Source: an uncultured Ruminococcus sp.
GTDB taxonomy: Bacteria; Bacillota; Clostridia; Oscillospirales; CAG-272
Assembly (NCBI GenBank): GCA_902803255.1
Contig: CADCPG010000066.1
Coordinates: 1 to 34,966, forward strand
DNA length: 34,966 bases
Direction: 5' to 3'
Below the pieces are notes generated by a model that saw only the letters and a program-made list of their open reading frames with translations, was not told the origin of the DNA and made no database searches. The stretch's first letter is position 1. Each line of letters starts with the position of its first letter. Shown piece after piece: positions 8,526 to 16,944 of this stretch. Both the position numbers and the translations under genes were made by a program.

Positions 8526-11500
8526 ATGAGCGAAGTCGACGAGAGACAGGTACAGGCAGCGCCGCAGAGGCCCCAGAAAAGTCTTAATGACCTTTTTTCC
8601 AAATACAGCCCGGACCCCGAGTCGAAGCGGCTCTTTGACTGCGCGTCGGGCTATACCGTGGCGAGGTCTAATATCAATCCCGGTCTGTACGAGATAACCG
8701 TATCGCTCCCCCGTATATTCGACACGAAGATATTCAGCAGGATAGAGAACGGGATAAAGAGCGCCTACGGCGGGAAGTACGCAGTGAGGCTCGTTCCCTC
8801 GTACGGCGCGTCGCTCTTCTGCCCCGACAGCCTCGATCTGCTGATCTCCGACGCTCACGCGAGGATGCTCCTGCCCGCCGGTTTTTTCGACAAGTACAAT
8901 ATCGTCGAGAACGATTCCGACGACTATACGGTTGAGATCCCGTTCGGGGCCGGAGGGATAGATTTTCTGGCCAAGAGGAACGCCGAGTCGAAGATCGAGG
9001 AGCTCGTTAAAAGGGAATTTTCGACCGAGATAAAGGTGACGATCGCCGAGATGGCCGACTATGTGCCGTTTTCGGAGACCGATGAGGGCCGCGAGTTCTA
9101 CCGTTCGATCGATCAGAGCTGCCGCGAGTCGCTCGAGGAATACGGCAGGGAAGAACCCGATGAAGCCCCGGACGGCCCCGAAGCCGCCGAGGAAAGCGGC
9201 GCCGGGCCGGTATTCAGGAAGATCAGGTCGGTATTCGATCCTTCCGCCGTGGCCGTCGTCGAGGACGGGATATGCTCGATAGGAGCCGGTAATTTCGATA
9301 TATCGTCTCCCGAATATATATTCGGTGACAGGTTCAACATCGATCCGATATCGGTATCGTCGATCACATCTCCGAGGCGCAACACCGTGATACTGGGCAC
9401 GGTATCCGACCTTCAGTGCGACAACAGGGGACGACAGCAGAGCTGGTTCTATTCGTTCACCGCGTTCGACGGCAACGCCTCGATCTCGGTCCGCGAGTCG
9501 GGACTCGAGGAGGACGACGCCAGAAAAAAGGCGGCGCACTTCAGCGAAGGCGACTCATATGCCTTCTTCGGGAACGTCAGGAAAGACATAAAGCAGGACG
9601 AGTTTTATTTTGTCCCCGAGGCGGCCGCCAGGGTGAGTTTCATCCCGCGCGCCGACCGCTCGGCCGAGAAGAGGGTCGAGCTGCATCTGCACACCGGAAT
9701 GTCGGCCGTCGACGGCATAACATCGGCCGCCGATGCCGTGAAGACGGCCATGAGGTGGGGCCACAGGGCGCTTGCCGTGACCGATCACGGAAACGTACAG
9801 GCCTTCCCCGAGGTAATGCTCTTTCTCGAAAAATACTACTCCAAATCGGGCATTCCGGAGAACGAGCGGTTCCTTCCCATCTACGGGATGGAGGCGTATT
9901 TCGTAAACGACTCGGCCTCTCCGCTCGAGGGGAAGTATTCCGGAGGATTCGACGGAGACACCGTGGTATTCGACCTCGAGACCACCGGCTTATCGGCGTC
10001 GACCTGTAAGATCATCGAATTCGGCGCAGTCAGGCTGAAAAGCGGTGAAGTCACGGGAAGATTCTCGACTTTCGTCGATCCCGGGGTGCATATACCGGAG
10101 GAGATCACCGAAGTCACGTCGATAAGAGACAGCGACGTCGCCGGCGCTCCCGGCATCGCCGAGGTCCTTCCGAAGTTCTTTGAGTTCGCAAAAGGCGCGC
10201 TGCTGGTCGCCCACAACGCCGACTTCGACACCGGCTTTCTCAGGGCGGCCGCCGATTCGCTCGGGATCGAATTCGACTCGCCGTATCTCGATACCGTCGC
10301 ACTGTCGCGCTTTCTGAACCCCGGCCTGTCGAAACACAAGCTCGACAACCTCGCCGACTACTACGGACTCGGCGATTTCAACCACCACAGGGCCGTCGAC
10401 GACGCCGAGATGCTCTCGAAGATCTACCTCCGCATGACGGAACAGCTGAAGGAGAGGGATATAGACGATTTCGACGTCCTGAAAAAGGAGATCGAGGCAA
10501 GTTCCGACCCGAAGAAGCTGAGATCGCATCATATGATCATACTGGTAAAGAACCGGACCGGACTCAAGAACCTCTACCGTATGATCTCCGACAGCTATCT
10601 GAAATACTATTACCGCAACCCGCGCATACCGAAAACGCTGCTTGACAGGAACCGCGATGGACTGATCATAGGTTCGGCCTGTTCGGCGGGAGAGCTGTAT
10701 TCAGCCATTCTCGACAACAAGCCCGAGTCCGAGCTCGAGGAGATCGCCTCTTACTACGACTATCTCGAGATCCAGCCCGCCGGCAACGACGAATATCTCA
10801 TAGACGAGGGAAGAGTCGCCGATACCGAGGGACTTCGGAAGATCTGCCGCAAGATCGTCGAACTCGGGGAGCGGCTCGGCAAGCCGGTCGTCGCGACGTC
10901 CGACTCGCATTTTCTCGAGCCTGAGGACGAGATCTACCGCCGCATCCTTCAGGTCGGCAACAAGATGCGCGACGCCGACAGGGTCGTCCCGCTCTATCTG
11001 CGCACGACCGGGGAGATGCTAGACGAATTCTCATATCTCGGCAGCGAAAAGGCATATGAGGTAGTTGTGAAGAATACGAACCTCATAGCCGATATGATAG
11101 AGAGGGTCCGCCCGATACCGGAGGGCTCCTATCCTCCGCATCTCGAAGGCTCCGAAGAGGCTCTCACCGAAAAATGCTGGACGAGAGCGAAGAACATGTA
11201 CGGCGACCCGCTCCCGGAGATCGTCGAACAGCGCCTCAAGACCGAGCTGGATTCTATCATATCGAACGGCTTCGCGGTGCTCTACGTCATCGCGGAGAGA
11301 CTCGTCGAATTCAGCGAGAAAAACGGATATCTCGTCGGCTCGAGAGGATCGGTCGGTTCGTCGTTCGCGGCTACCATGGCGGGCATATCGGAGGTGAATC
11401 CGCTTCCGCCGCACTATTACTGCCCGAAGTGCAGATTCAGCGATTTCTCAAATCCCGACAGGGCCGGCTCGGGCTTCGACCTGCCGTCGGCGGTATGTCC

Positions 11501-13043
11501 TGTTTGCGGGGCCGATCTCATGGCCGACGGCCAGGACATCCCCTTCGAGACCTTCCTGGGGTTCAAGGGCGACAAGACGCCCGATATCGACCTCAACTTT
11601 TCGGGAGAGGTCCAGGGCAGGGTCCATAAATTCACCGAGGAGCTCTTCGGTGCCGAGAACGTGTTCAAGGCCGGAACGATCTCCACACTGGCAGACAAGA
11701 CCGCATACGGATACATCATGAAGTATTTCGAGGGCAAGGGGATCATGCCCCCGAAAGCGGAGATAGAACGGATGAAGTCGAGGTGCACCGGCGTCAAGAA
11801 GACGACGGGCCAGCACCCGGGAGGAATCATAGTCGTGCCGAGCGACATGGATGTCTACGACTTCACGCCGGTGCAGCATCCGGCCGACAAGGCGCAGTCG
11901 GATATTGTCACTACACACTACGCCTTCTCGTACCTGCACGACACGATCCTCAAGCTCGACGAGCTTGGACACGATATCCCGACCAAGTACCGGTACCTCG
12001 AGAAATACAGCGGCGTGCCGGTGATGGACGTCGCGATGAACGACCGGACGGTCTACCGTCTTTTCGAATCGACCGAGCCGCTGGGCATACCGCAAAGAGA
12101 CCGCGAGGACCGGGACACCCGCGCGCTGGGCCTTATGGTCGGTACGCTCGGGATACCCGAGATGGGAACTCAGTTCATCCAGCAGGTGCTAATCGATTCG
12201 AAGCCGAAGAATTTCGCCGACCTAATGCAGATATCTGGTCTGACGCACGGCACCGACGTGTGGCTCGGGAACGCGCAGGACCTGATAAAGCAGGGCATCT
12301 GCGATATTTCACATGTCGTCGGGACACGTGACGGCATCATGCTCGACCTGATAAAGTACGGGGTCGAGAAGCCGATGGCCTTCAAGATCATGGAGAAGGT
12401 CAGAAAGAACAAAAAAGGCGAGCCGCTCCCCGACGAGATGCTCGACGCGATGGCCGCGGCGGGTGTTCCCGACTGGTACGTCGGATCGCTCAAAAAGATC
12501 AAGTACATGTTCCCGAAGGCCCACGCCGCCGCCTACGTTATGTCGGCCATACGTCTCGCGTGGTACAAGGTCCACCGCCCGGTCGCCTTCTACTGTGCGA
12601 TATTCACCGTCGCTCCCGAGGGCTTTTCAGCCGGGATCGTCGGAAAAGGAGTTCGCGCGACCGAAAGCGAGATCCTTCGCATCGACCGCCTCGGCAAGGA
12701 CGCGACGGCCAACGAGAAGAACACCGAGTCCGCGCTGCAGCTCGCGCACGAGTGCATGCTTCGCGGGATAAGGTTCCTGCCGGTCGACATCGTGAGATCG
12801 GACGCCGTCGAGTTTCTCCCCGAGAACGGCGGGATACGTATGCCTCTGACATCGCTGCCGGGCCTGGGAGAGGCCGCGGCGAGGGCGATAACCGCCGCCA
12901 GGGCGGAGGAGCCCTTCTTCTCGGTTGAAGACCTGCGCGAACGCGGAGGGGCAAACAAGAGCGTTATAGACGTCCTGCGCGCGAACGGCGTGCTCGACGG
13001 CCTGAACGAGTCGGATCAGCTTTCGGTGTTCGACATCATGTGA
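8526..13043 (+). CDS. polC: DNA polymerase III alpha subunit, PolC type
   Basis: 1505 aa. PHP motif ELHLHTGMSAVDG. Inserted DEDDh exonuclease (VVFDLETTGLS, AHNADFD, HRAVDDAEM). Zinc module YYCPKC...CPVCG. Polymerase core (KTPDIDLNFS, GQHPGGIIV). Confidence 0.97.
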   Translation: MSEVDERQVQAAPQRPQKSLNDLFSKYSPDPESKRLFDCASGYTVARSNINPGLYEITVSLPRIFDTKIFSRIENGIKSAYGGKYAVRLVPSYGASLFCPDSLDLLISDAHARMLLPAGFFDKYNIVENDSDDYTVEIPFGAGGIDFLAKRNAESKIEELVKREFSTEIKVTIAEMADYVPFSETDEGREFYRSIDQSCRESLEEYGREEPDEAPDGPEAAEESGAGPVFRKIRSVFDPSAVAVVEDGICSIGAGNFDISSPEYIFGDRFNIDPISVSSITSPRRNTVILGTVSDLQCDNRGRQQSWFYSFTAFDGNASISVRESGLEEDDARKKAAHFSEGDSYAFFGNVRKDIKQDEFYFVPEAAARVSFIPRADRSAEKRVELHLHTGMSAVDGITSAADAVKTAMRWGHRALAVTDHGNVQAFPEVMLFLEKYYSKSGIPENERFLPIYGMEAYFVNDSASPLEGKYSGGFDGDTVVFDLETTGLSASTCKIIEFGAVRLKSGEVTGRFSTFVDPGVHIPEEITEVTSIRDSDVAGAPGIAEVLPKFFEFAKGALLVAHNADFDTGFLRAAADSLGIEFDSPYLDTVALSRFLNPGLSKHKLDNLADYYGLGDFNHHRAVDDAEMLSKIYLRMTEQLKERDIDDFDVLKKEIEASSDPKKLRSHHMIILVKNRTGLKNLYRMISDSYLKYYYRNPRIPKTLLDRNRDGLIIGSACSAGELYSAILDNKPESELEEIASYYDYLEIQPAGNDEYLIDEGRVADTEGLRKICRKIVELGERLGKPVVATSDSHFLEPEDEIYRRILQVGNKMRDADRVVPLYLRTTGEMLDEFSYLGSEKAYEVVVKNTNLIADMIERVRPIPEGSYPPHLEGSEEALTEKCWTRAKNMYGDPLPEIVEQRLKTELDSIISNGFAVLYVIAERLVEFSEKNGYLVGSRGSVGSSFAATMAGISEVNPLPPHYYCPKCRFSDFSNPDRAGSGFDLPSAVCPVCGADLMADGQDIPFETFLGFKGDKTPDIDLNFSGEVQGRVHKFTEELFGAENVFKAGTISTLADKTAYGYIMKYFEGKGIMPPKAEIERMKSRCTGVKKTTGQHPGGIIVVPSDMDVYDFTPVQHPADKAQSDIVTTHYAFSYLHDTILKLDELGHDIPTKYRYLEKYSGVPVMDVAMNDRTVYRLFESTEPLGIPQRDREDRDTRALGLMVGTLGIPEMGTQFIQQVLIDSKPKNFADLMQISGLTHGTDVWLGNAQDLIKQGICDISHVVGTRDGIMLDLIKYGVEKPMAFKIMEKVRKNKKGEPLPDEMLDAMAAAGVPDWYVGSLKKIKYMFPKAHAAAYVMSAIRLAWYKVHRPVAFYCAIFTVAPEGFSAGIVGKGVRATESEILRIDRLGKDATANEKNTESALQLAHECMLRGIRFLPVDIVRSDAVEFLPENGGIRMPLTSLPGLGEAAARAITAARAEEPFFSVEDLRERGGANKSVIDVLRANGVLDGLNESDQLSVFDIM

Positions 13044-13091
13044 TCCGCCCGAACTTCAATTATTATCGGATCTGCGGAGGGCAGCCACAAA

Positions 13092-14063
13092 ATGGAAAAA
13101 GAGAAAAAACCGGGTTTTTTCGACGAGCTTAAAAGCTCGCGCAAATGCACCGAGATCGAGGAACCGATCGATCTCTGGTTTACCGAACCTGTAGGGTTCG
13201 TGTTCACCGTGGTGGCAAGAAAGTTCGGAGTGCATCCGAACGCCGTGACTTTCGTGTCGATGGTCTGCGGACTCGCGGGAGGCATACTGTTCTACTCCCG
13301 GAATTTCTGGATCAATCTTACCGGCGTCCTGCTGTTCATACTGTCGATCGTGCTCGATGCCACCGACGGTCAGCTCGCCAGACTCACTCACAAGACCTCC
13401 GAGCTCGGCCGCCTGCTCGACGGCTTATCGACGATGGTCGGATATGCCGGGGCGTATTTAGCGCTCGGTTTCCGCATGTCGGACGAGTATATACCGTTCA
13501 CCGGGACGAAATGGGGCGGATGGATCTGGATCGTCATCGTTGTCTCCGCGCTGTTTTTCCACGCGAGGCAGGACAGGATGGCGGACTATTTCAGGAATCT
13601 TCACCTGCTGTTCGCGCTTGGAAAGAGCGGAAGCGAACTGACGACCTCCGAGTCGCTGCGCCGGAGGGCGGCCGAGCTGAAGGGCGGCAAGCCCTCGATA
13701 GAGCGCCTTTATCTCCGGTTCTACATACCATATACGGCAATGCAGGAGCGCAGCACGCCCCGTACGCAGGAGTTCCTGCGCGCGGCCGCGGCCCGCGACG
13801 GCGAAAACTTTCCCGAGAACAGGGAAGTCGCCGAGGCCTACCGGCAGAGGAGTCTTCGCATTGTACAGCTGACCAACCTTTTAACGATCAACCTCCGTGC
13901 ATACGCCCTCTTCATACTGCTGCTGCTCGGACTTCACGTTTACTATTTCCCGTTCCTCGTGATCGTCATGGGGACCCTCGACGTGATAATGGTCAGGGGC
14001 TATGAGAAGATCGCCTCCGACCTCAAGGAAAAATACTACCCGGGAGACAGCGGGACCAGATGA
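13092..14063 (+). CDS. CDP-alcohol phosphatidyltransferase family membrane protein with a non-canonical motif
   Basis: Contains DATDGQLARLTHKTSELGRLLDGLST, which matches DxxDGxxARx8GxxxDxxx but carries Thr where the fourth Asp is expected. Multiple TM segments and a C-terminal extension of about 150 aa. SD GGAGGG lies upstream. Confidence 0.8.
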   Translation: MEKEKKPGFFDELKSSRKCTEIEEPIDLWFTEPVGFVFTVVARKFGVHPNAVTFVSMVCGLAGGILFYSRNFWINLTGVLLFILSIVLDATDGQLARLTHKTSELGRLLDGLSTMVGYAGAYLALGFRMSDEYIPFTGTKWGGWIWIVIVVSALFFHARQDRMADYFRNLHLLFALGKSGSELTTSESLRRRAAELKGGKPSIERLYLRFYIPYTAMQERSTPRTQEFLRAAAARDGENFPENREVAEAYRQRSLRIVQLTNLLTINLRAYALFILLLLGLHVYYFPFLVIVMGTLDVIMVRGYEKIASDLKEKYYPGDSGTR

Positions 14064-15184
14064 AGAAAAGATACAAACTGCTGTTCTTTATCCTGGGACT
14101 TGCGGGACTGGCCGTGATGATCTGGCGCTCCCACCCCGGCGATATCGACTGGAGTCTGCTCGTAGCCCCGCCGATCATCATATCATTCGTAATTCAGATC
14201 GTCATCTGGCTCGCCATCTTTGCCGTCCACGTCTTTGTATACCGCGTCATGCTCGGCAGGGAGGACGCGAAAAAGGTGGGATTCTTCAGGCTCTCGAAGA
14301 TAGTGGTGTCGGGGTTTGCCCTCAACAATGTCACGCCGGCTGGGCTCGTGGGCGGAGAGCCGTACAGGATAATGGAGCTCCGCCAGTACTGCGGGACCGA
14401 GAAAGCGCTTTCCGCGACTCTCAATTTCAGCGTTTTCTACGTAATGGGGCACGTCATGCTCTGGTTCACGGGCTCTGTGCTATATTTCGTCACCGGCTGC
14501 CCGGGCGGCGTCGCATCGTCGGTGGGACTTGCCGTCGCGGGGCTGCTCTGCTTTCTCGGCTGCGTCTTTTTCATCAGACACAAGAGCACGGGGCTCATCG
14601 TGCCGGTGTTCGAGAGAGTGTCGCGCTGGCATATCCCGCTCGTCAGCAAATACACGCGAAAGCAGCTTGAAAATAAGAGAGAGCGTTTTTCCGAGGTCGA
14701 CAGACAGATCGCCGCATTCAGCTCGGACAGGAGGAAGTTTTATTCCGCGCTGCTGCTCGAGTATTTTTCGAGGCTTCTTGAATCGCTCGAGTATTACGTG
14801 ATACTGGTCTTCCTGGGAGCTGCCGTGAACCCCGTACACGGGATACTGGTGCTGAGCCTGGCGTCGCTCATCGGGAACCTGCTCTTCATGATACCCATGC
14901 AGGCTGGCACGAGAGAGGGCGGCATGGGCGTCGTTCTCGGCTGGATAGACGTTTCGTCCGAGACGGGGATACTCGCGGCGCTGCTTTACCGTCTGCGGGA
15001 GTTCCTTTGCATCGCGGTCGGGATCATACTCATACTTATCGACAAAAAGAAGAAGAAAAAAGCCGCCGAAACTACGGCGGTAGCCGATGACAGCATCGCC
15101 GATGACAGCATCGCCGATGACAGCATCGCCGATGACAGCATCGCCGATGACAGCATCAGCGATGACAGGCAGCACCGGCAATGA
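14060..15184 (+). CDS. Flippase-like / lysyl-phosphatidylglycerol-synthase TM-region family (UPF0104-like) membrane protein with an acidic repeat tail
   Basis: The start overlaps the upstream stop (ATGA at 14060-14063). Polytopic protein with a basic N-terminus (MKKRYKLLFFILG...) and a TPAGLVGGEPYR-type loop reminiscent of PF03706/TIGR00374. The C-terminus is KKKKKK followed by (ADDSI)x5. Confidence 0.62.
   Translation: MKKRYKLLFFILGLAGLAVMIWRSHPGDIDWSLLVAPPIIISFVIQIVIWLAIFAVHVFVYRVMLGREDAKKVGFFRLSKIVVSGFALNNVTPAGLVGGEPYRIMELRQYCGTEKALSATLNFSVFYVMGHVMLWFTGSVLYFVTGCPGGVASSVGLAVAGLLCFLGCVFFIRHKSTGLIVPVFERVSRWHIPLVSKYTRKQLENKRERFSEVDRQIAAFSSDRRKFYSALLLEYFSRLLESLEYYVILVFLGAAVNPVHGILVLSLASLIGNLLFMIPMQAGTREGGMGVVLGWIDVSSETGILAALLYRLREFLCIAVGIILILIDKKKKKKAAETTAVADDSIADDSIADDSIADDSIADDSISDDRQHRQ
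15083..15169 (+). repeat. Perfect 15-bp tandem repeat (GCCGATGACAGCATC) x5 plus a degenerate partial sixth copy
   Basis: Copies lie at 15083-15097, 15098-15112, 15113-15127, 15128-15142 and 15143-15157 with no mismatches, followed by AGCGATGACAGG. The repeat is in frame and encodes ADDSI x5 at the 3' end of the 14060-15184 CDS. Confidence 0.97.
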
Positions 15185-15230
15185 CAGCAATCATAACCAA
15201 TAAAATGCCTTTTTAAAGGAGAAGCAGGCC

Positions 15231-16166
15231 ATGATCTTTTCGTATTTTCTTCAGATCAGCAACCACATGTGGCTCGACCGCGATTCCATAACCCCGGGCT
15301 GGGTCGTTCAGGAAAAATGGGACGAGAACAACAATACCGACGAGGAGGTCTTCGACAGGCTCGTTGACTTCATCGCCGAGAGAAAGTACAACATGCTGAT
15401 CATCGACGTGGGAGACGGCGTAAAGCTCGACTCTCATCCAGAGATCGCCGCGCCCGACGCGTGGAGCAAGGAAAAACTCGCGAAAAAGCTTGAATACATC
15501 CGCGGGAAGGGCATCGAGCCGGTTCCGAAGATGAATTTTTCCTGCTGCCACAACACATGGCAGAAGAAGTGGAGATTCATGACAGGGACGCCGGAGCACA
15601 TCGCCTTCTGCAAGGACCTCATCCGTGAGGTCAGTTCGCTCTTCGGTTCGAAATATTTCCACCTGGGACTCGACGAGGAGACATACGAGCACCAGAAATA
15701 CAACGGCGTCGCCATAGTGAGGAACGAAAAGGTCTTCTGGCACGACTGCTACGAGCTCTTCGACTGCTGCCTTGAGTGCGGCGCCCGTCCGTGGGTCTTC
15801 TCAGACTACTACTGGCACCATCCCGACCTGTTCGTAAAGTACATGCCGAAGACTGTGCTCCAGTCGAACTGGTATTACGGGACCTTCGACACCCGTCCCG
15901 AGGCTCCGCGCTACAACACGATCATGACATACAACAGGCTCGACGAACTGGGATACGATCAGGTGCCGGTCTGCTCGACCTGGTCGTCGACTTCCAACGC
16001 GAAGCAGACTCTCGCATACTGCAAAGAAAAGCTGTCGGCAGACCGGCTGCTCGGCTTTATGACGATCCCGTGGAGAAACACCACCGCCACCGAGTACTAC
16101 ACTCTGATGAGCGACGCCGACAGGCTGTATACCGCGAGGAAACTGCACTATCCCGATACGCTTTGA
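15231..16166 (+). CDS. Cytoplasmic TIM-barrel protein with a GH20 (beta-hexosaminidase)-like catalytic motif
   Basis: IREVSSLFGSKYFHLGLDEE matches the GH20 pattern (..Ev..lF...y.HiGgDE, catalytic D-E pair). GIEPVPKMNFSCCH resembles the GH20 G-I-x-V-I-P-E-I-D-x-P-G-H strand. No signal peptide. SD AAAGGAGAAG lies upstream. The function is tentative. Confidence 0.55.
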   Translation: MIFSYFLQISNHMWLDRDSITPGWVVQEKWDENNNTDEEVFDRLVDFIAERKYNMLIIDVGDGVKLDSHPEIAAPDAWSKEKLAKKLEYIRGKGIEPVPKMNFSCCHNTWQKKWRFMTGTPEHIAFCKDLIREVSSLFGSKYFHLGLDEETYEHQKYNGVAIVRNEKVFWHDCYELFDCCLECGARPWVFSDYYWHHPDLFVKYMPKTVLQSNWYYGTFDTRPEAPRYNTIMTYNRLDELGYDQVPVCSTWSSTSNAKQTLAYCKEKLSADRLLGFMTIPWRNTTATEYYTLMSDADRLYTARKLHYPDTL

Positions 16167-16197
16167 ATCATCTGACAGACAGGAGATAAAAGAAAAC

Positions 16198-16611
16198 ATG
16201 AAGATCGAAGTTCGCTATTACACAAAGGGCGGAAACACCGAAAAGCTCGCAACTGCCGTCGCGTCGGCTGCCGGAGTGGGAGCGCTTCCCGTATCCGAGG
16301 GCCTCACAGGGCACGCCGATATCCTTTTCCTCGGCAGTTCGCTCTACGCCGGCAAGCCCGCCGCTGAGATCTCAGAGTTCATACGCAGGAACGCGTCGAA
16401 GATAGGCCGCCTCGTCGTATTCGGCTCGTCGGCTTCGGGAAAGTCAACGTTCGGTAAGATAAAGGAACTGGCCGGTTCGGTCGGGATCGAAGTCGAGCCC
16501 GAATACTTCCACTGCCCGGGGCAGTTCCTCTGGATGAACAGGAACCGTCCCGACGCCCGCGATCTCAACGAAATAACCGGATTCGCAAAAAAGACTATCG
16601 CGGCTGACTAA
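16198..16611 (+). CDS. Flavodoxin-like protein
   Basis: 137 aa. MKIEVRYYTKGGNTEKLA resembles the flavodoxin FMN phosphate-binding loop (T/S-x-T-G-N-T-E). SD AGGAGA lies upstream. Confidence 0.68.
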   Translation: MKIEVRYYTKGGNTEKLATAVASAAGVGALPVSEGLTGHADILFLGSSLYAGKPAAEISEFIRRNASKIGRLVVFGSSASGKSTFGKIKELAGSVGIEVEPEYFHCPGQFLWMNRNRPDARDLNEITGFAKKTIAAD

Positions 16612-16637
16612 CGGAAATCACGTCGCCGCGAACACCG

Positions 16638-16684
16638 AAAAATCACAGAGACCGGGCAGCGGATATCCGCTGCCCGGTCTCTGT
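16638..16684 (-). terminator. Intrinsic terminator of tRNA-Pro; also closes the + strand flavodoxin gene
   Basis: Perfect 18-bp stem (16645-16662 pairs with 16667-16684) with an ATAT loop. On the - strand it is followed by GATTTTT (A-run 16638-16642 on the + strand). It begins 2 nt after the tRNA CCA end. Confidence 0.78.
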
Positions 16685-16685
16685 A

Positions 16686-16762
16686 TGGTCGGAGTGACTG
16701 GACTCGAACCAGCGGCCTCTTGGTCCCGAACCAAGCGCACTACCAAGCTGTGCCACACCCCG
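16686..16762 (-). tRNA. tRNA-Pro (anticodon CGG), CCA encoded
   Basis: The reverse complement, CGGGGTGTGGCACAGCTTGGTAGTGCGCTTGGTTCGGGACCAAGAGGCCGCTGGTTCGAGTCCAGTCACTCCGACCA, folds as a 77-nt cloverleaf. Acceptor stem is CGGGGTG/CACTCCG. Anticodon stem is CTTGG/CCAAG with loop TTCGGGA. T-arm is GCTGG-TTCGAGT-CCAGT. Confidence 0.93.
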
Positions 16763-16782
16763 TTTTTTTATTTTGCCCGAAT

Positions 16783-16811
16783 ATTATACCACTTTCGGCA
16801 CTCAATGTCAA
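16783..16811 (-). promoter_or_regulatory. Consensus sigma-A promoter driving tRNA-Pro
   Basis: On the - strand: TTGACA (16811-16806), 17 nt, TGgTATAAT (-10 at 16788-16783). The tRNA 5' end lies about 20 nt downstream. Confidence 0.72.
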
Positions 16812-16841
16812 GAAGAATAATCGGCCGCCGGAAGATTTTTG

Positions 16842-16870
16842 TTGCTCACCGGGGCAAAATATGGTAAAAT
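16842..16870 (+). promoter_or_regulatory. Sigma-A promoter for the DHH phosphoesterase genes, divergent from the tRNA promoter
   Basis: TTGCTC (16842-16847), 17 nt, TGgTAAAAT (16862-16870, extended -10). Confidence 0.6.
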
Positions 16871-16944
16871 ATAGAGAATCGGGCATAGCGGCAGCATTAT
16901 GCGCCGCGACGGCACAGGCAAGGTGAGAACAGAAGGATATCCAG

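Noticed and set aside
8499-9539. Long antisense ORF (346 aa, - strand) inside polC. Similar antisense or off-frame ORFs occur at 1209-2129 (-), 872-1558 (-), 2126-2962 (-), 5159-6190 (-), 7175-7924 (-), 13145-14005 (+) and 14480-15190 (-).
   Set aside because: All overlap genes with unmistakable conserved motifs on the other strand or frame. Their translations are Arg/Gly/Pro/Ala-rich with no recognisable motifs. This is the expected open-frame artefact of GC-rich DNA.
16600-16900. tRNA-Pro as a genomic-island integration site separating core genes from accessory genes.
   Set aside because: No integrase or recombinase gene is present anywhere in the window. I saw no direct repeat of the tRNA 3' end, and no obvious compositional break on either side.
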